Source: Takakia lepidozioides
Taxonomy: Eukaryota > Plantae > Bryophyta
Assembly: GCA_030704615.1 (NCBI GenBank)
Contig: CM060731.1
Location: 38,998,001-39,062,000 of the forward strand
DNA length: 64,000 bases
Reading direction: 5' to 3'
In this document: positions 1 through 14,200 of the stretch, piece after piece
How the letters are laid out: the number at the start of each line of letters is the position of its first letter
How positions within the stretch are numbered: position 1 is the stretch's first letter
Translations under genes and position numbers: made by a program
The notes under the pieces: model-generated
What the model was told of the DNA's origin: nothing
The model's input: only the letters and a program-made list of their open reading frames with translations
Database searches by the model: none

Positions 1-97
1 TGCTTTGTTTCCCTTTCTCACTCTGTTTATTTCTTTTATTTATGCATTCTCCAGCAAATGCGCTCATGGCTAACTTACATACATATGTTGTGTTCAG

Positions 98-2457
98 GTG
101 GACACCTTCTTTGCAGTGGGGTCACCTTTGGGAATGTTTTTAGCTCTCCGCAATATTCGTATTGGACTAGGGACAGGTATGGAGTATTGGCAAGATGAAG
201 GCATCGAGGAGGAGATGCCTGCGTGCCGCCTTTTGCTCAACATCTTTCACCCCTATGACCCTGTTGCGTATAGGTTTTTACTCTCACTCAAACCTTTCTG
301 TCCCTCTGTGTCTTGAGAGCAAATTTACTGAAGTCTCTCCTGCTGTCAGGTTACATTGTGAGAAGATGTTTGTGTAAGATCTCCTGTGGTCCTCTTTTGC
401 AACAGTTCTGTAGCTCACCTATATGTTTACCCTCTTCATCATAGACGTTTAAGAAATACCATCATCACCAATTTCTAGATTGTAAGAAAGCAGCAGATGT
501 GACAAGGGTTGGCCTCCTATACTGACATTGTGGGCTCTTGTGTTTGAAGGTTGGAGCCACTTGTATGTAAGGAATATGTGGAGAAACGGCCAGTGTTCAT
601 TCCATACCACAAAGGAGGCAGACGCTTGCACATTGGCTTACAGGTCAGCATGCCAGTGCACTTTAAAACACATAAATCAACTTTAGGTAGGACTTATTAT
701 CAGGTGCACAATACTATGGCTGCATTTACTGGGTAAACAATGTTGTCTTGATAGACTCTTGTGGCTTTCTTGTGTTGTTCTACTGCGTTTCATAGGCCTC
801 CAGTGGGCCTAATGGAGTCTCAGTCGTCATGGCACTATGTTTGTATCCAGCTAATGGCAAGTCATGGCAACCTCTTGGTCAACCCTTGTATAAAACCAAG
901 GGATTAGGGGTGTGATTGCAAGAGGACCACAAGCTTCGTGGTAGGAAGGTGTATAGAAGTGTGCTCCTTGCAGGATGATATGTACAGGGTAGTAATCTTG
1001 TGCAAAATCTGTTGCCTTCTCAGGAGTTCAGTGAGGACTTAAGCACGCGCTCCAAAGCTTTTGTAACCTCTATAAGCTCAGTTGGTGTAAGTTGGCCCAT
1101 CCCTCCATCTTGTTTCAATGTCTGTCGTTTTCTCAGGCATAGTCTCACCAACAGTGCAGCCACACTCGCAGGTGTACATCTGTGTCAGGTTGAGGGTGGA
1201 TCAGCAGTGCAGGAATCACCATGCATATGCTTTCGATCTGACCTCCATTTGTATGGACCCTACAATAATAGATAGGAAATTGAGGCAAAGGAAACGTAAA
1301 GATAGGATGGCACTAAACTGTGTATTGTGGATGTGAGCAGACTCGTATGGCGAGTGCATTTACTGCAAAAAGTAATGAAGACAGAGCAGGTGAGTTGTTA
1401 CCCAATCCTTCCTGGCTGGGAATCCCTACTTTTCCATACAACTAGGTGGATGTATGGGAGTGGATGTTTGTTCTTTGCTCGTAACTGAACACAAGATGAC
1501 ACAGAAGTGGATGGAGGAAGAGAAATGAATAAAGAAAGGGAGAGGAGGGACTGTGAATGTTCTAATTAAGCTTGATAGTTTTGATTGGCTGAATTGCTGC
1601 ATTGGAATTGATGAGATCAGATGAAGAGGGAAAGGATAGCAAGAAAACATATGGAGCTATGGTGATGGAGCGCCTCACAGGAGATCCAGAAGGTCGCATC
1701 GACTGCATGCTGCAGGTTTGTTGTGTTAGACACTTCACACTGTCATTGCCAAGTTATTGTTTGGTAGAGGGCCTAGTCGCTTTGATTCCAAAGCACAGGG
1801 TGCATCTAGTTACCATGTGAATGGTCAAAGGGTTTTGGGATTTAGTCAATAAGGCCTTTGGGCTGTTGGGTCAGGTTCACTGGCCTTGACAAGTGGCAGT
1901 AAGGAAGGTGAGGTTCCTGACTTCCTCCCAATAAAGGGGACAGACTTATCCCTTCCGTACATTGATGTCTTGTTTATGCTCTGTGCAGGATTCCACATTT
2001 GAGCACCAGTACATATCTGCCATAAGCTCACACACGTACGTCCTCCTCTCTGTGTGGGGTAGACTGGGAGAAAAGGACCAGATCTTTAATTTGCGTCAAA
2101 ACAAAGAAGGGAGATCCATTTGTATGCACGCTCTTTCCCTCTCTTGTATGCCTCCATTTGTGTTCTTTTGAAAACTCTCTTACCCAATGCCTTCTGAAAA
2201 ACAGGTCATACTGGCAAGACCCGGACACAGCTCTCTTCATATTGAAGCACCTCTATCGTGAAATTCCGGAAAAACCAGTCTCTGCAAATATACCAACGAT
2301 GGAACCTCTTTCGGGGACAATTGATGAGGATACTGAAATTGTGAAGCCTGACAGTCCACCACCCATTGTCAAGTTAGAGGATGAGCTGGATTCAGGTGAT
2401 GATGACGTCACCTTCACTTTCTTTAGTAAAGAAGAATTTGTTGCGGCTTTGGCCTAG
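98..2457 (+). CDS. SGR2: 3' part of phosphatidic-acid-preferring phospholipase A1 with DDHD domain (SGR2-like); approx. exons 98-273, 550-643, 1024-1086, 1341-1389, 1621-1715, 1989-2035, 2205-2457
   Basis: Spliced translation gives FFAVGSPLGMFLALR...NIFHPYDPVAYRLEPL...IPYHKGGRRLHIG...GRIDCMLQDSTFEHQYISAISSHTSYWQDPDTALFILKHLY, the DDHD-domain signature. GT-AG borders keep phase. The 5' part lies outside the window. Confidence 0.88.
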
Positions 2458-4770
2458 GTGGAGGGAAGCTGTGGGGATGGGGATCGCAGTGATAGAGGTA
2501 ATGTATATTTAGTTTCATTTGAACAGGCCCTTGTTCTGGGCTCTTAACACCGACCCTCACACTTTCATAAGAAGAGATTGGACAAACGCATTTTGCAGGG
2601 TTTTTGTGAAGTCACAAGGGAAACAGGAATTGAGCTGAAGAGAAATTTTTTGTTCTCTGCAGTGTGTTACACTTGGTTTCATGCATGCATAACAAGTAGG
2701 AACCCCTCTACATTTTCTGATATAAATTGTGATTAGTTTCCAGAGTGCTTTCACCCATCTTAGACCATGTTCTGAGTAGCCTTGTGCTACCAACAGAGTG
2801 ACCTAGAAATATTTCCATAGTCTGCCAGCACAAGGAAGTGCTTTTGTTTCATTGAAAATCCGAAATGAACTGGCAAGACTCTCAATTGTGGTCATTGATC
2901 ATTGGCCAGTTGCCAAGGCATAGCAGGGAAACAGAGCAGTCAGCTTGCCAAGTGCCAGATTTTTTCTTCATCAGCCGGAGGAGTTGAGTCTCTTGAATGT
3001 CCTGGCTGGAGAATTGTGCTGAGTGTTCCATTCTTTAGTGTCTTCCAGTAGTGTAATTTTGGAAACTACTGCCATCTATCTCTCTCTCCTTGCCAAATGC
3101 TCGATTCAAGTGTCTTCCATGTCATACATCTTTGATCCTATCTATGCAATTGCCAATGTGAAGTTTGCCTCAAACATGGAAAAAACTTAGGCCAACAGAT
3201 TACAAGATGTGCCGTCGCACATAATAAGGCAATTACGCCCTTCAAGAGAACTGAAGAGCATATCAAATTCAACCCCAGGCTCAAAGGACAACCCATTGAA
3301 GCTTCTACAAGACTACAGACATAGAAATGTCGAATCATTAACTCTATAATACCATTGAAAGAGAAACCATGACACAAGACAAGGCTTCCATTGAGCTTTC
3401 CATGCTTGGGAGAGGTTTAGTAGTAATCTGTTGGCTGTTGGTCTCACTATAGGCTATGTGCAAACTCAAACCACAATGCATTCTTCGCATCTTTGTAGGT
3501 CCCAAGAAATGAATTGATACTATATAATGGTCACGGAAAGCCCAACGAGCTTCTTATGGGATAAGAGAAAGCTTGAAACAAGAAAGACAGAGGGTCTTGA
3601 CTCTTCACAAGCAGCCCGAAAACTTGCTCAAGGGCTCGAGCCTCGTAATGGAAGAGATTGGGTATCTCGGAATAGACAGTAGAATCTTCCACGGACCTCC
3701 GTCTATCCGCAGGCTGTGGGAACCCACGAACCACCCTACAGAGCTCAAGATTCTATCATCATGGAGGATCAAGAATGTCTCCCTATAGAACTGCAGTTTA
3801 GCCGTTAAGATTGGCTGGTGTCCATGCTGTCATTTTCGGCTGACGTGAAGTTCCATAGCTCTCGTCTGATGCATCTACATATGCACCCTGGTGGGGAGCT
3901 TGCCAGAGATCCTTTCTAGTCTTCTTGCTCCCTCACATGCACAGGGATGGCATTTCACTCCGCTGCTTTTCCGGGAGAGAACATAACCAAGCCCCTTGCG
4001 ATGAAGGGGCGAGAAGCTTCACATCATGGAGCATATCATCGGGCCAGGCTGCGGATGTGGAACGGACATCCAGTTTGGAAAATGCGGGATCCAGAGATTT
4101 GCGAGTGATGTCTATGACACTTCCCCAGCCTCTAAGGATATCAGTGAAAGGTACAGACAAGAAATCTTTCGTTGTTTTTGGATTCTGAACCGTGTGTGTC
4201 GGAGCGATCCAGGCTCCTTCTAGGATTCAGGCTCACGCATAACCCACAGAGACCCCGCTGGAATTTCCTAGCTTTCTAAGATTTTGAGTTCCATATCGAG
4301 AGATGAAGTCATTGTGCGTCCTTTTGTTATGCAGTACCTTTGAGGGTGTAGTTGGGGAGCCAAACGCGGAGGTTCTATCAGGGTATGGATCCTCAGCAGC
4401 AAGTTCTGCAGTCCTCGTGCTCAGCCAATAACAAACGGCTAGGAATTTAACTTAATCGAGTTTGGTATGACATACGAGGTACTAAAGATTCTCGTTCACA
4501 TGGTAGTTGTACGCAGGTCAAACGAAGAGTAGAGATGGGCTCTGGGAGGAGTTCTTCTCAGATCCTTCACAGTGGTGGGACAACAGGTTTAATAAGGTGA
4601 GGCTGTCTTCATTCAGGACAAGAAGAGTTCGTTAAGTTTGACGTTGGGAAAAATGGCATGATGAGTAGGTTTGTCTTCCTTGGTCTGAATGAAAGTAGGT
4701 TGCTGGAGGTCGTACCCTGTTGTTAGAAAGATGTTGGAGCTTCGGCAGTTGTAGCGCGGTCTATGCCAGG

Positions 4771-7665
4771 ATGTGTTTGAAGCTGTGCTATGGCTGCTCA
4801 GCTTCCTGCCTTTGCTTTCCACAGAAAGGTCCAAATTCACCAGACTTCAGACATAAGTGCACAAAGGAGGCCCTTTGGATTGGTTGGACCAACCCTCCAT
4901 GGGTGAAAGCAGAGCTAGCTGCTTTAATTCAAGGTCAAGCACAATGTTGTGATGTGAAGACACTATGTATGACAGGGCAACTGAAAGAGGCCCTGCACAT
5001 TTTGAACAAACTAGGCACTTTGGCAGACTACGACACATATGTCTGTCTTCTGCGGGAGTGCATCAACCTGCAAGGCCTGGCAGAAGGAAAGCAGGTGCAT
5101 GCCCAAATCGCCCAAAGTGGATTCAAGTCAAACATTTCTCTCCTCAATGCACTTGTCAACATGTATGTGAAGTGTGGAAGCTTGTTGGATGCACGGCAAG
5201 TGTTTGACCAAATGCCGGCACGAGATGTGTTTACATGGACTACAATGATGGCAGGATATGTGAAGCATGGGTGTGGTAGGGAGGCTTTTGACATGTATGA
5301 TCAAATGGTACAGGAAGGGGTGACACCCAACAAAGTGACATTCATCTGTGTTTTTAAGGCATGTGCCAGTCTAGGAGCTCTGGCAAAAGGCAAAGAGGTC
5401 CATGCTGACATGGTCAAAGCTGGAGTTGCACCAGATATCATTTTGGAGACTGCAATTGTTGCGATGTATGCCAAATGTGGAAGCGTAAAGGATGCACGTC
5501 AAGTATTTGACAATATGGCTGAACGAGATATCATCTCATGGAACGCAATGATCACAGGATATGCTCAGAATGGGTGTGGTAGCAAAGCTTTGGCCATGTA
5601 TGGGCAAATGACCTGGGATACTGTGACACCTGACAAGGTCACATTCATTTGTGTCCTAAATGCGTGTGCGAGTCTTGCAGCCTTGAAAAAGGGCAATGAG
5701 GTTCATTCTGACATCATCAAAGCTGGAATTGCATGGGATATCATTCTGGAAAATACCCTTGTTGACATGTATGCAAAATGTGGGAGTGTAGATGATGCAC
5801 GTCAAGTATTTGATAATATGGCTCAACAGAATGTAGTCTCATGGAACACGATGATTGCAGGATATGCTCAGCATGGATCTGGTAGGAAGGCTTTTGAAAT
5901 GTATCAACAGATGATACGAGAAGGGTTGGAGCCCGACAAGGTTACATTCATTGCCGTTCTCAAGGCTTGCGCCAGCTTGGCAGCCCTGGATAAGGGCAAA
6001 GTGGTCCACACTGACATAATCAAAGCTGGAATTCCACAAGATATTATTCTGGAGACTGCTCTTGCTGCCATGTATGCTAAATGTGGCAGCATGGAGGATG
6101 CACGCCAATTGTTTGACAATATGGCTCAACGAAATGTGGTCTCATGGAATGCAATGATCACTGGATATGTCCAGCATGGGTACTGTAGGGAGGCTTTAGA
6201 GATGTATGAGCAAATGATACAAGAAGCGGTGACGCCTGACAAGGTTACATTCATCTGTGTCCTTGGTGCATGTGCAAGCCTTGCAGGCCTGGAAAAGGGC
6301 AAGGAAATCCATGGGGAAATCATCAAAGCTGGAGTTGTGCCAGATATCATACTGGAGAATACCCTTGTTGACATGTATGCTAAATGTGGGAACATAAAGG
6401 ATGCTCGTCGAGTGTTTGATGCTATGGCTCAACGAGATGTTGTCTCATGGAGTGCAATAATTGCAGGCTACACTCAAAACTGGTGTGGTTGGGAGGCTCT
6501 GGCCATGTACGAGCAAATGAAACGGGAAGGGGTGATGGCTAACAAGATCACATTCATTTGTGTTCTCAATGCGTGTGCAAGCCTGGCAGCGCTGGAAATG
6601 GGCATAGAGGTCCATGCTGCCATACTCACAGCAGGAATCGCACCAGATATTGTTCTGGAGAATACCCTCGTTGACATGTATGCCAAATGTGGGAGCATAA
6701 AGGATGCACGTCAAGTGCTTGACAAGATGTCTCAACGAGATGTGGTCTCATGGAATGCGATGATCGTGGGATATGCTCAGCATGGGTGTGGTGTGGAAGC
6801 CCTGCAACTATTTGAGCAAATGCAAGGGGAAGGCATGAAGCCAAATAGTATTACCTTTATCTCTGTCCTCTCTGCATGTAGTCGTGGAGGCCTAGTGGAT
6901 GAAGGCTGTCACTACTTTGATTCCATTAGTCGAGATCATTGCCTCACCCCTACAGTGGAGCATTTCAGCTGCGTGGTGGACCTTCTTGGCCGTGCAGGGC
7001 GATTGGAGGAGGCAGAGGACTTCATCAACAACATGCCAATTGAACCGGGCACTTCTGTGTGGGGGGCCTTGCTTGGTGCCTGCAGAATCCATGGCAATGT
7101 GGAAATAGCAGAACGTGTTGCGAAATGCCTTCTCATGTTGGATCCAAAGGAGGCTGGAACTTACGTGCTGCTGTCCAACATATATGCTGCAGCTGGCAGG
7201 TGGGATGATACTGCAATGGTGAGAACAATGATGCAGGACAGAGGTGTGAGAAAGGAGCCAGGGCATAGCTCTGTTGAGGTTGACAACCGGGTACATACAT
7301 TTGTTGTGGAAGATCAATCGCATCCACAAATTGAGGAGATCCATGCAGAATTGAAGAGATTATCTGACCAGATGAAGGAGGCTGGGTTTGTACCTGACAC
7401 CCGCTTCGCATTGCATGACATGGACGAAGCGCAAAAAGAATTTTCCCTTTGTCTGCACAGTGAGAAGCTTGCCATTGCTTTTGGCCTGATCAGCACACCC
7501 CCTGGGATGCCTCTCCGTGTCATCAAAAACCTTCGGGTGTGTGGTGACTGCCACACAGCCACCAAGTTCATTTCAAAGATTGTTGGACGAGCAATTGTTG
7601 TGCGGGATTCCAACCGCTTTCACCACTTCCAAGATGGGGTTTGTTCTTGTGGGAATTATTGGTGA
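4771..7665 (+). CDS. PLS-class pentatricopeptide repeat protein with E1-E2-DYW deaminase domain (organellar C-to-U editing factor)
   Basis: Intronless ORF (first ATG 4771; true start uncertain). Six ~101-aa P-L-S periods (MYAKCGS..DARQVFD.M..RDVVSWNAMI.GY), then E motifs, PG box KEPGHSSVE, HSEKLA, CGDCH and C-terminal NYW. Confidence 0.96.
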   Translation: MCLKLCYGCSASCLCFPQKGPNSPDFRHKCTKEALWIGWTNPPWVKAELAALIQGQAQCCDVKTLCMTGQLKEALHILNKLGTLADYDTYVCLLRECINLQGLAEGKQVHAQIAQSGFKSNISLLNALVNMYVKCGSLLDARQVFDQMPARDVFTWTTMMAGYVKHGCGREAFDMYDQMVQEGVTPNKVTFICVFKACASLGALAKGKEVHADMVKAGVAPDIILETAIVAMYAKCGSVKDARQVFDNMAERDIISWNAMITGYAQNGCGSKALAMYGQMTWDTVTPDKVTFICVLNACASLAALKKGNEVHSDIIKAGIAWDIILENTLVDMYAKCGSVDDARQVFDNMAQQNVVSWNTMIAGYAQHGSGRKAFEMYQQMIREGLEPDKVTFIAVLKACASLAALDKGKVVHTDIIKAGIPQDIILETALAAMYAKCGSMEDARQLFDNMAQRNVVSWNAMITGYVQHGYCREALEMYEQMIQEAVTPDKVTFICVLGACASLAGLEKGKEIHGEIIKAGVVPDIILENTLVDMYAKCGNIKDARRVFDAMAQRDVVSWSAIIAGYTQNWCGWEALAMYEQMKREGVMANKITFICVLNACASLAALEMGIEVHAAILTAGIAPDIVLENTLVDMYAKCGSIKDARQVLDKMSQRDVVSWNAMIVGYAQHGCGVEALQLFEQMQGEGMKPNSITFISVLSACSRGGLVDEGCHYFDSISRDHCLTPTVEHFSCVVDLLGRAGRLEEAEDFINNMPIEPGTSVWGALLGACRIHGNVEIAERVAKCLLMLDPKEAGTYVLLSNIYAAAGRWDDTAMVRTMMQDRGVRKEPGHSSVEVDNRVHTFVVEDQSHPQIEEIHAELKRLSDQMKEAGFVPDTRFALHDMDEAQKEFSLCLHSEKLAIAFGLISTPPGMPLRVIKNLRVCGDCHTATKFISKIVGRAIVVRDSNRFHHFQDGVCSCGNYW

Positions 7666-8203
7666 AAGATGTTACAAACATGAAAAAATGTTCTTCTAAA
7701 TTAGTGCATGAAGTCACAATGTGTCCTTATTTTTAAAAGCCAAATGCCGAGTTCACATGCTGCTAATGGTGATAATCCCCAACAAATGCCCCCTTCTATA
7801 GCTAATAACAGTTAAATTCAGATCAAGACTTGAACAGGGGCAGGGGGTAATGGCAGCAGTAATTGGGGCTCAAACAAGAGTGCAAGTCCAAATGCTCCCA
7901 GAGTGTCTCCATGATGAAACTTTCAACTTTCCATCAAATGTTTAGCAAAGTGGCACAGGTACCTTGAGGGGTATATTCTCAACTACTCATGTTACTGAAA
8001 CTTCAATGCCTACATTTTAGTGTAATCCGTCCAGCAGATATCTGGCAGCCATGCAGAGGCTTACGGAACAATGGCTGTATTTGATACAATTCTACAGCCA
8101 ATCTACCAGAAAATGCTGCACAAATTGCAAAACAATACCCTGCATGTGCTCTTTCTTGTAGTTTGGGGAGAGGTGAGACCAAGGTATGAGCGAGTGAGGG
8201 AGA

Positions 8204-11200
8204 TTAGGAGATTCCATTTGCAATGCTGGATGTGCAATATACTTGCAAAGAATTTTCTGGAATGTAAAGAGCATCTGGGACCAAACCAACCCACCATGCA
8301 AACAACCAAGGGTTAGTTGCCTTCAGCCACCTCTGCACTCTCGAGATGAGACCAAAACTGACACCTGAAGGACTATGACCTGCAACTAAGACGACAAGGA
8401 AGCCCCTTTCAGAGAAATGATAAAAGGCCCCTGAGCCCCTCACTCGTCTCCTTTTCCTTTCCTCACCTCTCTCCCTTGGCAAGTGGATGTGGAGATGGTA
8501 CCTACCATGCCCTTTTGTAGCAATATGAAGCGTATCAAGCGTGATGATGCCACTGGTGAGGGGGAGGAGGTCACATCGGACAGCCGTGGTTGAATGAGGT
8601 GGCACCCGCCTGTCTCCAAGCAAATACCAATGATGGTAACTATGATTGCGAACTAACATCTGATACTAACCGTTGAGCTCACTTCATAATTGGGATTTTC
8701 TAATCTCTAGCGTGCAAGCAACTGAAAGCCATGTGGGAAATGGAGAGATGGACATACCCAAGAGGGACAGTGCTTTGCAACCAAAGGTGGGTGCATGTAG
8801 GCGTATTATCAGCCACCAAATCTGCTGTGGTGTTAATGCGCTCTCTCAACACTGTTGGATTCACCCCAAGCAATGATTCCATTCGCCGAACTGGAGGCAA
8901 GGCTCCTCTTCGTGTTGAAACTTGAGAAGCTGGTTCTGAAGATCCAGCTCCGTTGTCCTCCATTTTTGTGGCCAACACTTCCCGAACGGTCACAGACTGC
9001 CTGTTATCCACGCTGTTGCCTGGAAGGGGAGTGGTCACTGCAGATGATGGAAAGGATAGTATTGAGAGAGGGGACGTAGCGAGGGAGCTTGGTGCAAGTA
9101 GGGTCAGATTCATTTCTTGCGAAGTCAGATTCGTTGCCTGCACTGTCACTACCTGGTAATAAAGAAAAACTCACAATTAGCATATACAGAAGTCTGCTTG
9201 TTTCTCACATCAGATACAAGACTTTCAACCTTCCACACGTACCATGTTGTGTAAGATCATTTGTAGATTGTGTACAGCACGTCTCTCTAACTACCTCCCC
9301 CCCCCCCCACCTTCTCCAAACCCTGTTACAATAATTTGATTACTGCATGTAAAAGTAGCAACAAGACCTGGGGTGTGAATTGAGGCAGAGTCTCGCTGGG
9401 CACCGCTGTGGGATTGCAGTTCTCCAGTGCAACAGATAGCAACAGATCTCGGGGAGGACGTGGTCGCCATGTCAGCGAATGCTTGAAATGCAGTCTCGAT
9501 TCTGTCAGTTCCGCTTCAATGATGTGAATGTACTGGAAATGCATAGGGACCTTGCTATTGGTTCGCCGACTGGTAGGACCTATTGTCAGAGGGATTGATT
9601 GCTTGCCAGCAACTGCCCAAGAGTCTTCATGCACGATCAAAATGGTTGAGTAAAATGTTTTTTGTGTCCACATACTCTTCCATCTCATCATTTTCCAGAG
9701 GAGGGTGAGTGAATGATAGACTATACTTCACTGCTTGCTCAGAAACAAATGTGTACTTTCAGAGAGAATCTCACCTGTGTGACTGCAGTGGCAAGACACT
9801 AACACTGCATATTGACCAGATTCATACTCCGTAGTAGAAAATTCAGTGGTGGCTTTCTTTCTAGAGTGCCCAGTGCCATCAGCCAAATATGCCTCCCTTG
9901 GGGGCCGAGACCTGGTAGGATTCCTGCTCTCCTCAAGAGCAAAGTGCTCCCATGCCTGATTGATGGGCCTCAGAATGAAGGAGTGTTGTTCTCCCACCCT
10001 GTCAAAATCTCCACTCCAATTGGTATTCTGAGATGAAAGATAAGTATGACAAAGAGAACAAAAAACCACAAACAATTCTGACATTGCCAGGTCGCATGAA
10101 TGGAGGGACATTTAGTTGAAGCCCAAGAAAACTGATAGAGAAGGTATAAAGGCTAGTCAGTTGTTGCAAGTGCATGAATGTACAAAAAGAGCGAAAAAGA
10201 GGGAGAGAGTGGGAAAACTAACCTGAGAGCAAGACCTGGCAAACTGTGATCCTCTCCAACCTCAACACAAGCAATAGGAGCAGACAAAGGTGGGGAGCCA
10301 GGGGCTGCAGACTGGCACACAATGCTGACAGAATCCACGTACATAACTACATTTGCTGTCACACCTGTAGCTGGAAGTATATTCTGCTTCACAGGCCCCA
10401 CAAAAATCTAGGTTGCTTAGTAACTTTACAAGGGACTGCAAGGAAGAGAGCAGTACTTGTTAAGCTTGGCTTGGGGTACCCTAGAGAGAGGGAGTGAGGG
10501 AGAGACGACAGCAGCAGACATGTAGGGCAAATGGAAATATACAGCAAACAACAGACAAGAGGGAGACCAGAAGGAAGAGAGGCACCTCAACAAGGACACA
10601 TATGAGATCCTGGGTGTTGCAATTTGCAAAATAAGATTCCAATCTAATGGGTTGCAGGATGGCCAACTTGCGCTTCCATCGCTTCCCAGGAACATAGGGC
10701 CCTTGCAGCCCACAGTGAGCAGAGAATCGCTGGGGCTCCAGGACAGCCCCCCTGAAGGAGAGAAGCCCCTCACTTCCCACCTCCCCTTTTGATGCCCTGT
10801 GGAGAGCAAATCGATCCCATTCTTCTGGTCCATAAGTAGGTGCAGGAGGGGGTGCCGATATGATAACCGTAGGAGCAGGTGAAGGTAGTGCAGAACCCAG
10901 CGAACTGCTCCTGTGGTGAGAGAAAGAGAAGAAGGTTGAGTTGGAGGAGCCAGACCGACTAGGGGAAGGGCTGCTATTCAGGGGAGGTAGAGGGGATGGG
11001 GCCAGTGGGGGAGGGGATGATGGTCTGTCCAAGGGTAAAAGCCACTGCAGCAAGCCTTCCATGGGATCCCTTGAAGCTGATTTAGAGGAATGTTGCTGAT
11101 GCTTCACATCTGCTGGAGATGTGGATGGTGTATCATACTGCTCAAACTGAAGAACTTCAAGCTCCGCATCATTCGACAGAAGGTCAGAGGCCATGGTTAC

Positions 11201-14200
11201 TTGAAGCACCACCTGCATTCTGTCACTTGTAACTCAGAGTCATGCCTTAAAGTGGTAAGCTCTGGGCTGCTTCAATTTCAAACCATGCCATTGTCAAGCC
11301 TATGATGACCTGCCCAATGAAGAAGCGCATCCACCATGAATTCTTATGGGATGCTTCAATAAATTACAAGTGAACTGGCAATACACAAGTGCCTAGCTTC
11401 TAACCATGGTAGCTCCTATACAGAAATCAGGGAATTACTACACCGGCCTTCATTCCGAACCTGTACCAGCATGCATTGGATACACACCGTGTCTGAACAG
11501 TTACTCTGACAGTCACCCTTCATTACTTTTCAATATGACATATCACACAAACAACAGCCTTCCATTTGTTTTACCCAAAAATGAAGGAAAGCAACATAGT
11601 GAGGATGTACCGCAACATCTCCATTTCCCAAAGAACGACATGCTATGGCTGCCCTAGCAACACCACCTGCAGCCGCTGGGTCAAACTGCCCATGTTCCAT
11701 CACAACAGGCTTGCAACCATGAGCCCCTGCATTCCTCTCACCATCTGATTCCTCTTCGTCTGAGGACCCAATGTGTGTCAGTCCCTCCCAGCTCCGCTGC
11801 TTCCCAGAATGCTCAACCCCCTTACTTCCAATACGAACAAAAAAGTGAGAGTTCTTGAAGCTCTCTAGCAGCATTAAATTTCTCTTTCTGTGGCCCTCAG
11901 ATTGAACAAGCTGCTCATTTGATGACAACCCTGCAGTTGTTGCAACCAGATTCCCTCCCTGTGTTGTGGTAAATCCCTTCTCTTTCAGATACTGGGGGAA
12001 TCTGGCCCCTCCGTCTGCTGACTGAGCCAACTCTGTGTTGCTCAAGCCCCGGTCTTGAAAGTCTCCAGACAAAGATTCCGGCTGTCCTTCGGTAGAGCTT
12101 AAGCCCGAATCATGGGCCTTCACATTCAACTTGGCTCCCCGGTTCTGAATAGCAGCAGCGATCTTAAATGGTGTTATGATTTCATGCGCAGATGGGCTGT
12201 GAGCGGAAATGTGTACTATAATGTGAAACTGCTCACCTGCCAGCAATATATCCAGAGATTAGACCCAGAATTTCCGATGAAACAGTGCCAAGGTAATAAA
12301 CAACTAAGATCAAATTTTGAGACATTCAGATTTGAATTTCTAGTGCACCAGAAACACCTACAACAGACTTGGCAAGTTTAGCCCACTCATTATAGCTGAG
12401 CTTCAAGAGTGAATTTTAGGAGAAGTCAGTGCTCCCCCGAATGTCAAGATGCTCAACTTGATGTCATCTCACACGAGGAGGAATGCCTCTCTAACCTGAT
12501 TTTGCTAAGACTGACAGGCAGTTGCTACAGCTTTGAGTCAGGTACATTGTGTTGCCAGTTGCCATAAGCAGGATGCACCAATCTCTATTGTTGAAGAAGC
12601 TTTTTGGAAATAGAGCTACCTTGTTGATCATCCATCCAGAGCCTCTATAACTGGCAAAAAAGGCTACATATACATGTCAATAAGGGAAGAAACCAGACCA
12701 GGAAAAATGAAAGGGCGGTCTAGAAATGACAGGGATGTCATGTCCTCAGCTGCATACCAGCTGTCTGATAGGGCTTCTGCACCCAAAGTATCACAGATTA
12801 TGTTACAGGCAGTTCACAGCAACGATTGAACCACTTTAGAACCTCATAGTACAAAACAATTTTGCCAATTCTAGGTTGAATATTGAGAGATTTGAAATCT
12901 TACAAATGATATTCAAGTCAGCAAAGAAATGGAGACTAAGCCACAATATGCCCCTCTAACTAGGAATCAGTAGGAGCTAGTTTCAGCAGCTTGTTAACTT
13001 CTATCTGAAATTCATGATCCCATACTCTAAATGTGATGAAAATGAAGTTAGGCAGAAAACTTCCCTGAACTTGTTTCCAGTCTGTGACATGGGGGAGGAC
13101 ATCTTGGATGACCTCAAGGGTCTACCCACTCTCGGCACTAGACTGAAATTTAAACTCAGGGCAGGAAGCCTACCTTTGAACAGCAAACAGAAGCAGAGAG
13201 GAAAGGGAGAGTGCAATTGCCCGTTGTGTGGGCAATCTGAAGACAGTATTCATTTTCTGATACACTGTCCGGGGTTCTCTCACCAAAGAGACGCTCTCTT
13301 CAAATCTATTAAGGGAATTGTGCCTGTACCCCTGTTTATCAACTTTGAAAGTCTCGAGGCTGAGCCAAAAGCCCAGGCCCTCCTGAGGCCTAGTTTTTGG
13401 GCAAATCACACACAGCAGATTGATGCTTGTGTGAAGGGATTTCTAGAGGATATCTGGGAAACCCGGATTAATTCTTTATATGGAGGTAAGTCTTACTACC
13501 AACGTCAGCCCCTGACAGAGGTAGGTTCTGTCCCTTTTGTTCCCGCTCAAACTGGGCGCAGGGTCAATGGGCACAATGCTACGGCAAACAACGTCTTATG
13601 AGTACAATCTAAATGTGATGAAAAGAGGGCTTTACAAAGACCTAAAGGTACTGACCTTATATCATATCCCGCGTTAGAAACTGAACTATTGTCCAGGCAT
13701 ATACCTGGGACCACTGGCCAGTACTTGATCAAGACACGGCGTATCCTAAAATTACAAAATTTAGCTGCTTTCCTGTCCAATTAAAAGACAACCACAACGA
13801 ACTAACTCCCACATGTAAGAACCTTCCCACTTCCCAGGCCAAGCGATGAGGAGAAGGAAAAGGGTAACATAACCCTACTGTTGCCAGTGCTATTGAAATC
13901 GCACATTCGCAAAAAGAAAAATTGAATGTGAGAATAGAAGCACCCACTGAAAGGAATCAAGATAGAGCCTTCATCTGGGAGGACGTCTGCGTGATCTTCA
14001 ATAGGCATACGAGTTCTCATGATGCCAAAGTGTGCTGTCCCTCTCGCATCCTCTCCAGCCCCGTATTCACCTCCCGCCAATCCTGAGAGACCGCTTGGCC
14101 AAGAACTAGAAGTTTCCAAAATTTTGTACTCTTTCTCTATACTGTCTACCGCAGTAGGCACTTCCGACTGATTTGAAAGATTTGATTGATTTCTTAAGAG

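Noticed and set aside
3925-4188. Upstream transit-peptide exon for the PPR gene
   Set aside because: No ATG start before the transit-peptide-like stretch that I could link to the PPR ORF by convincing splice sites.
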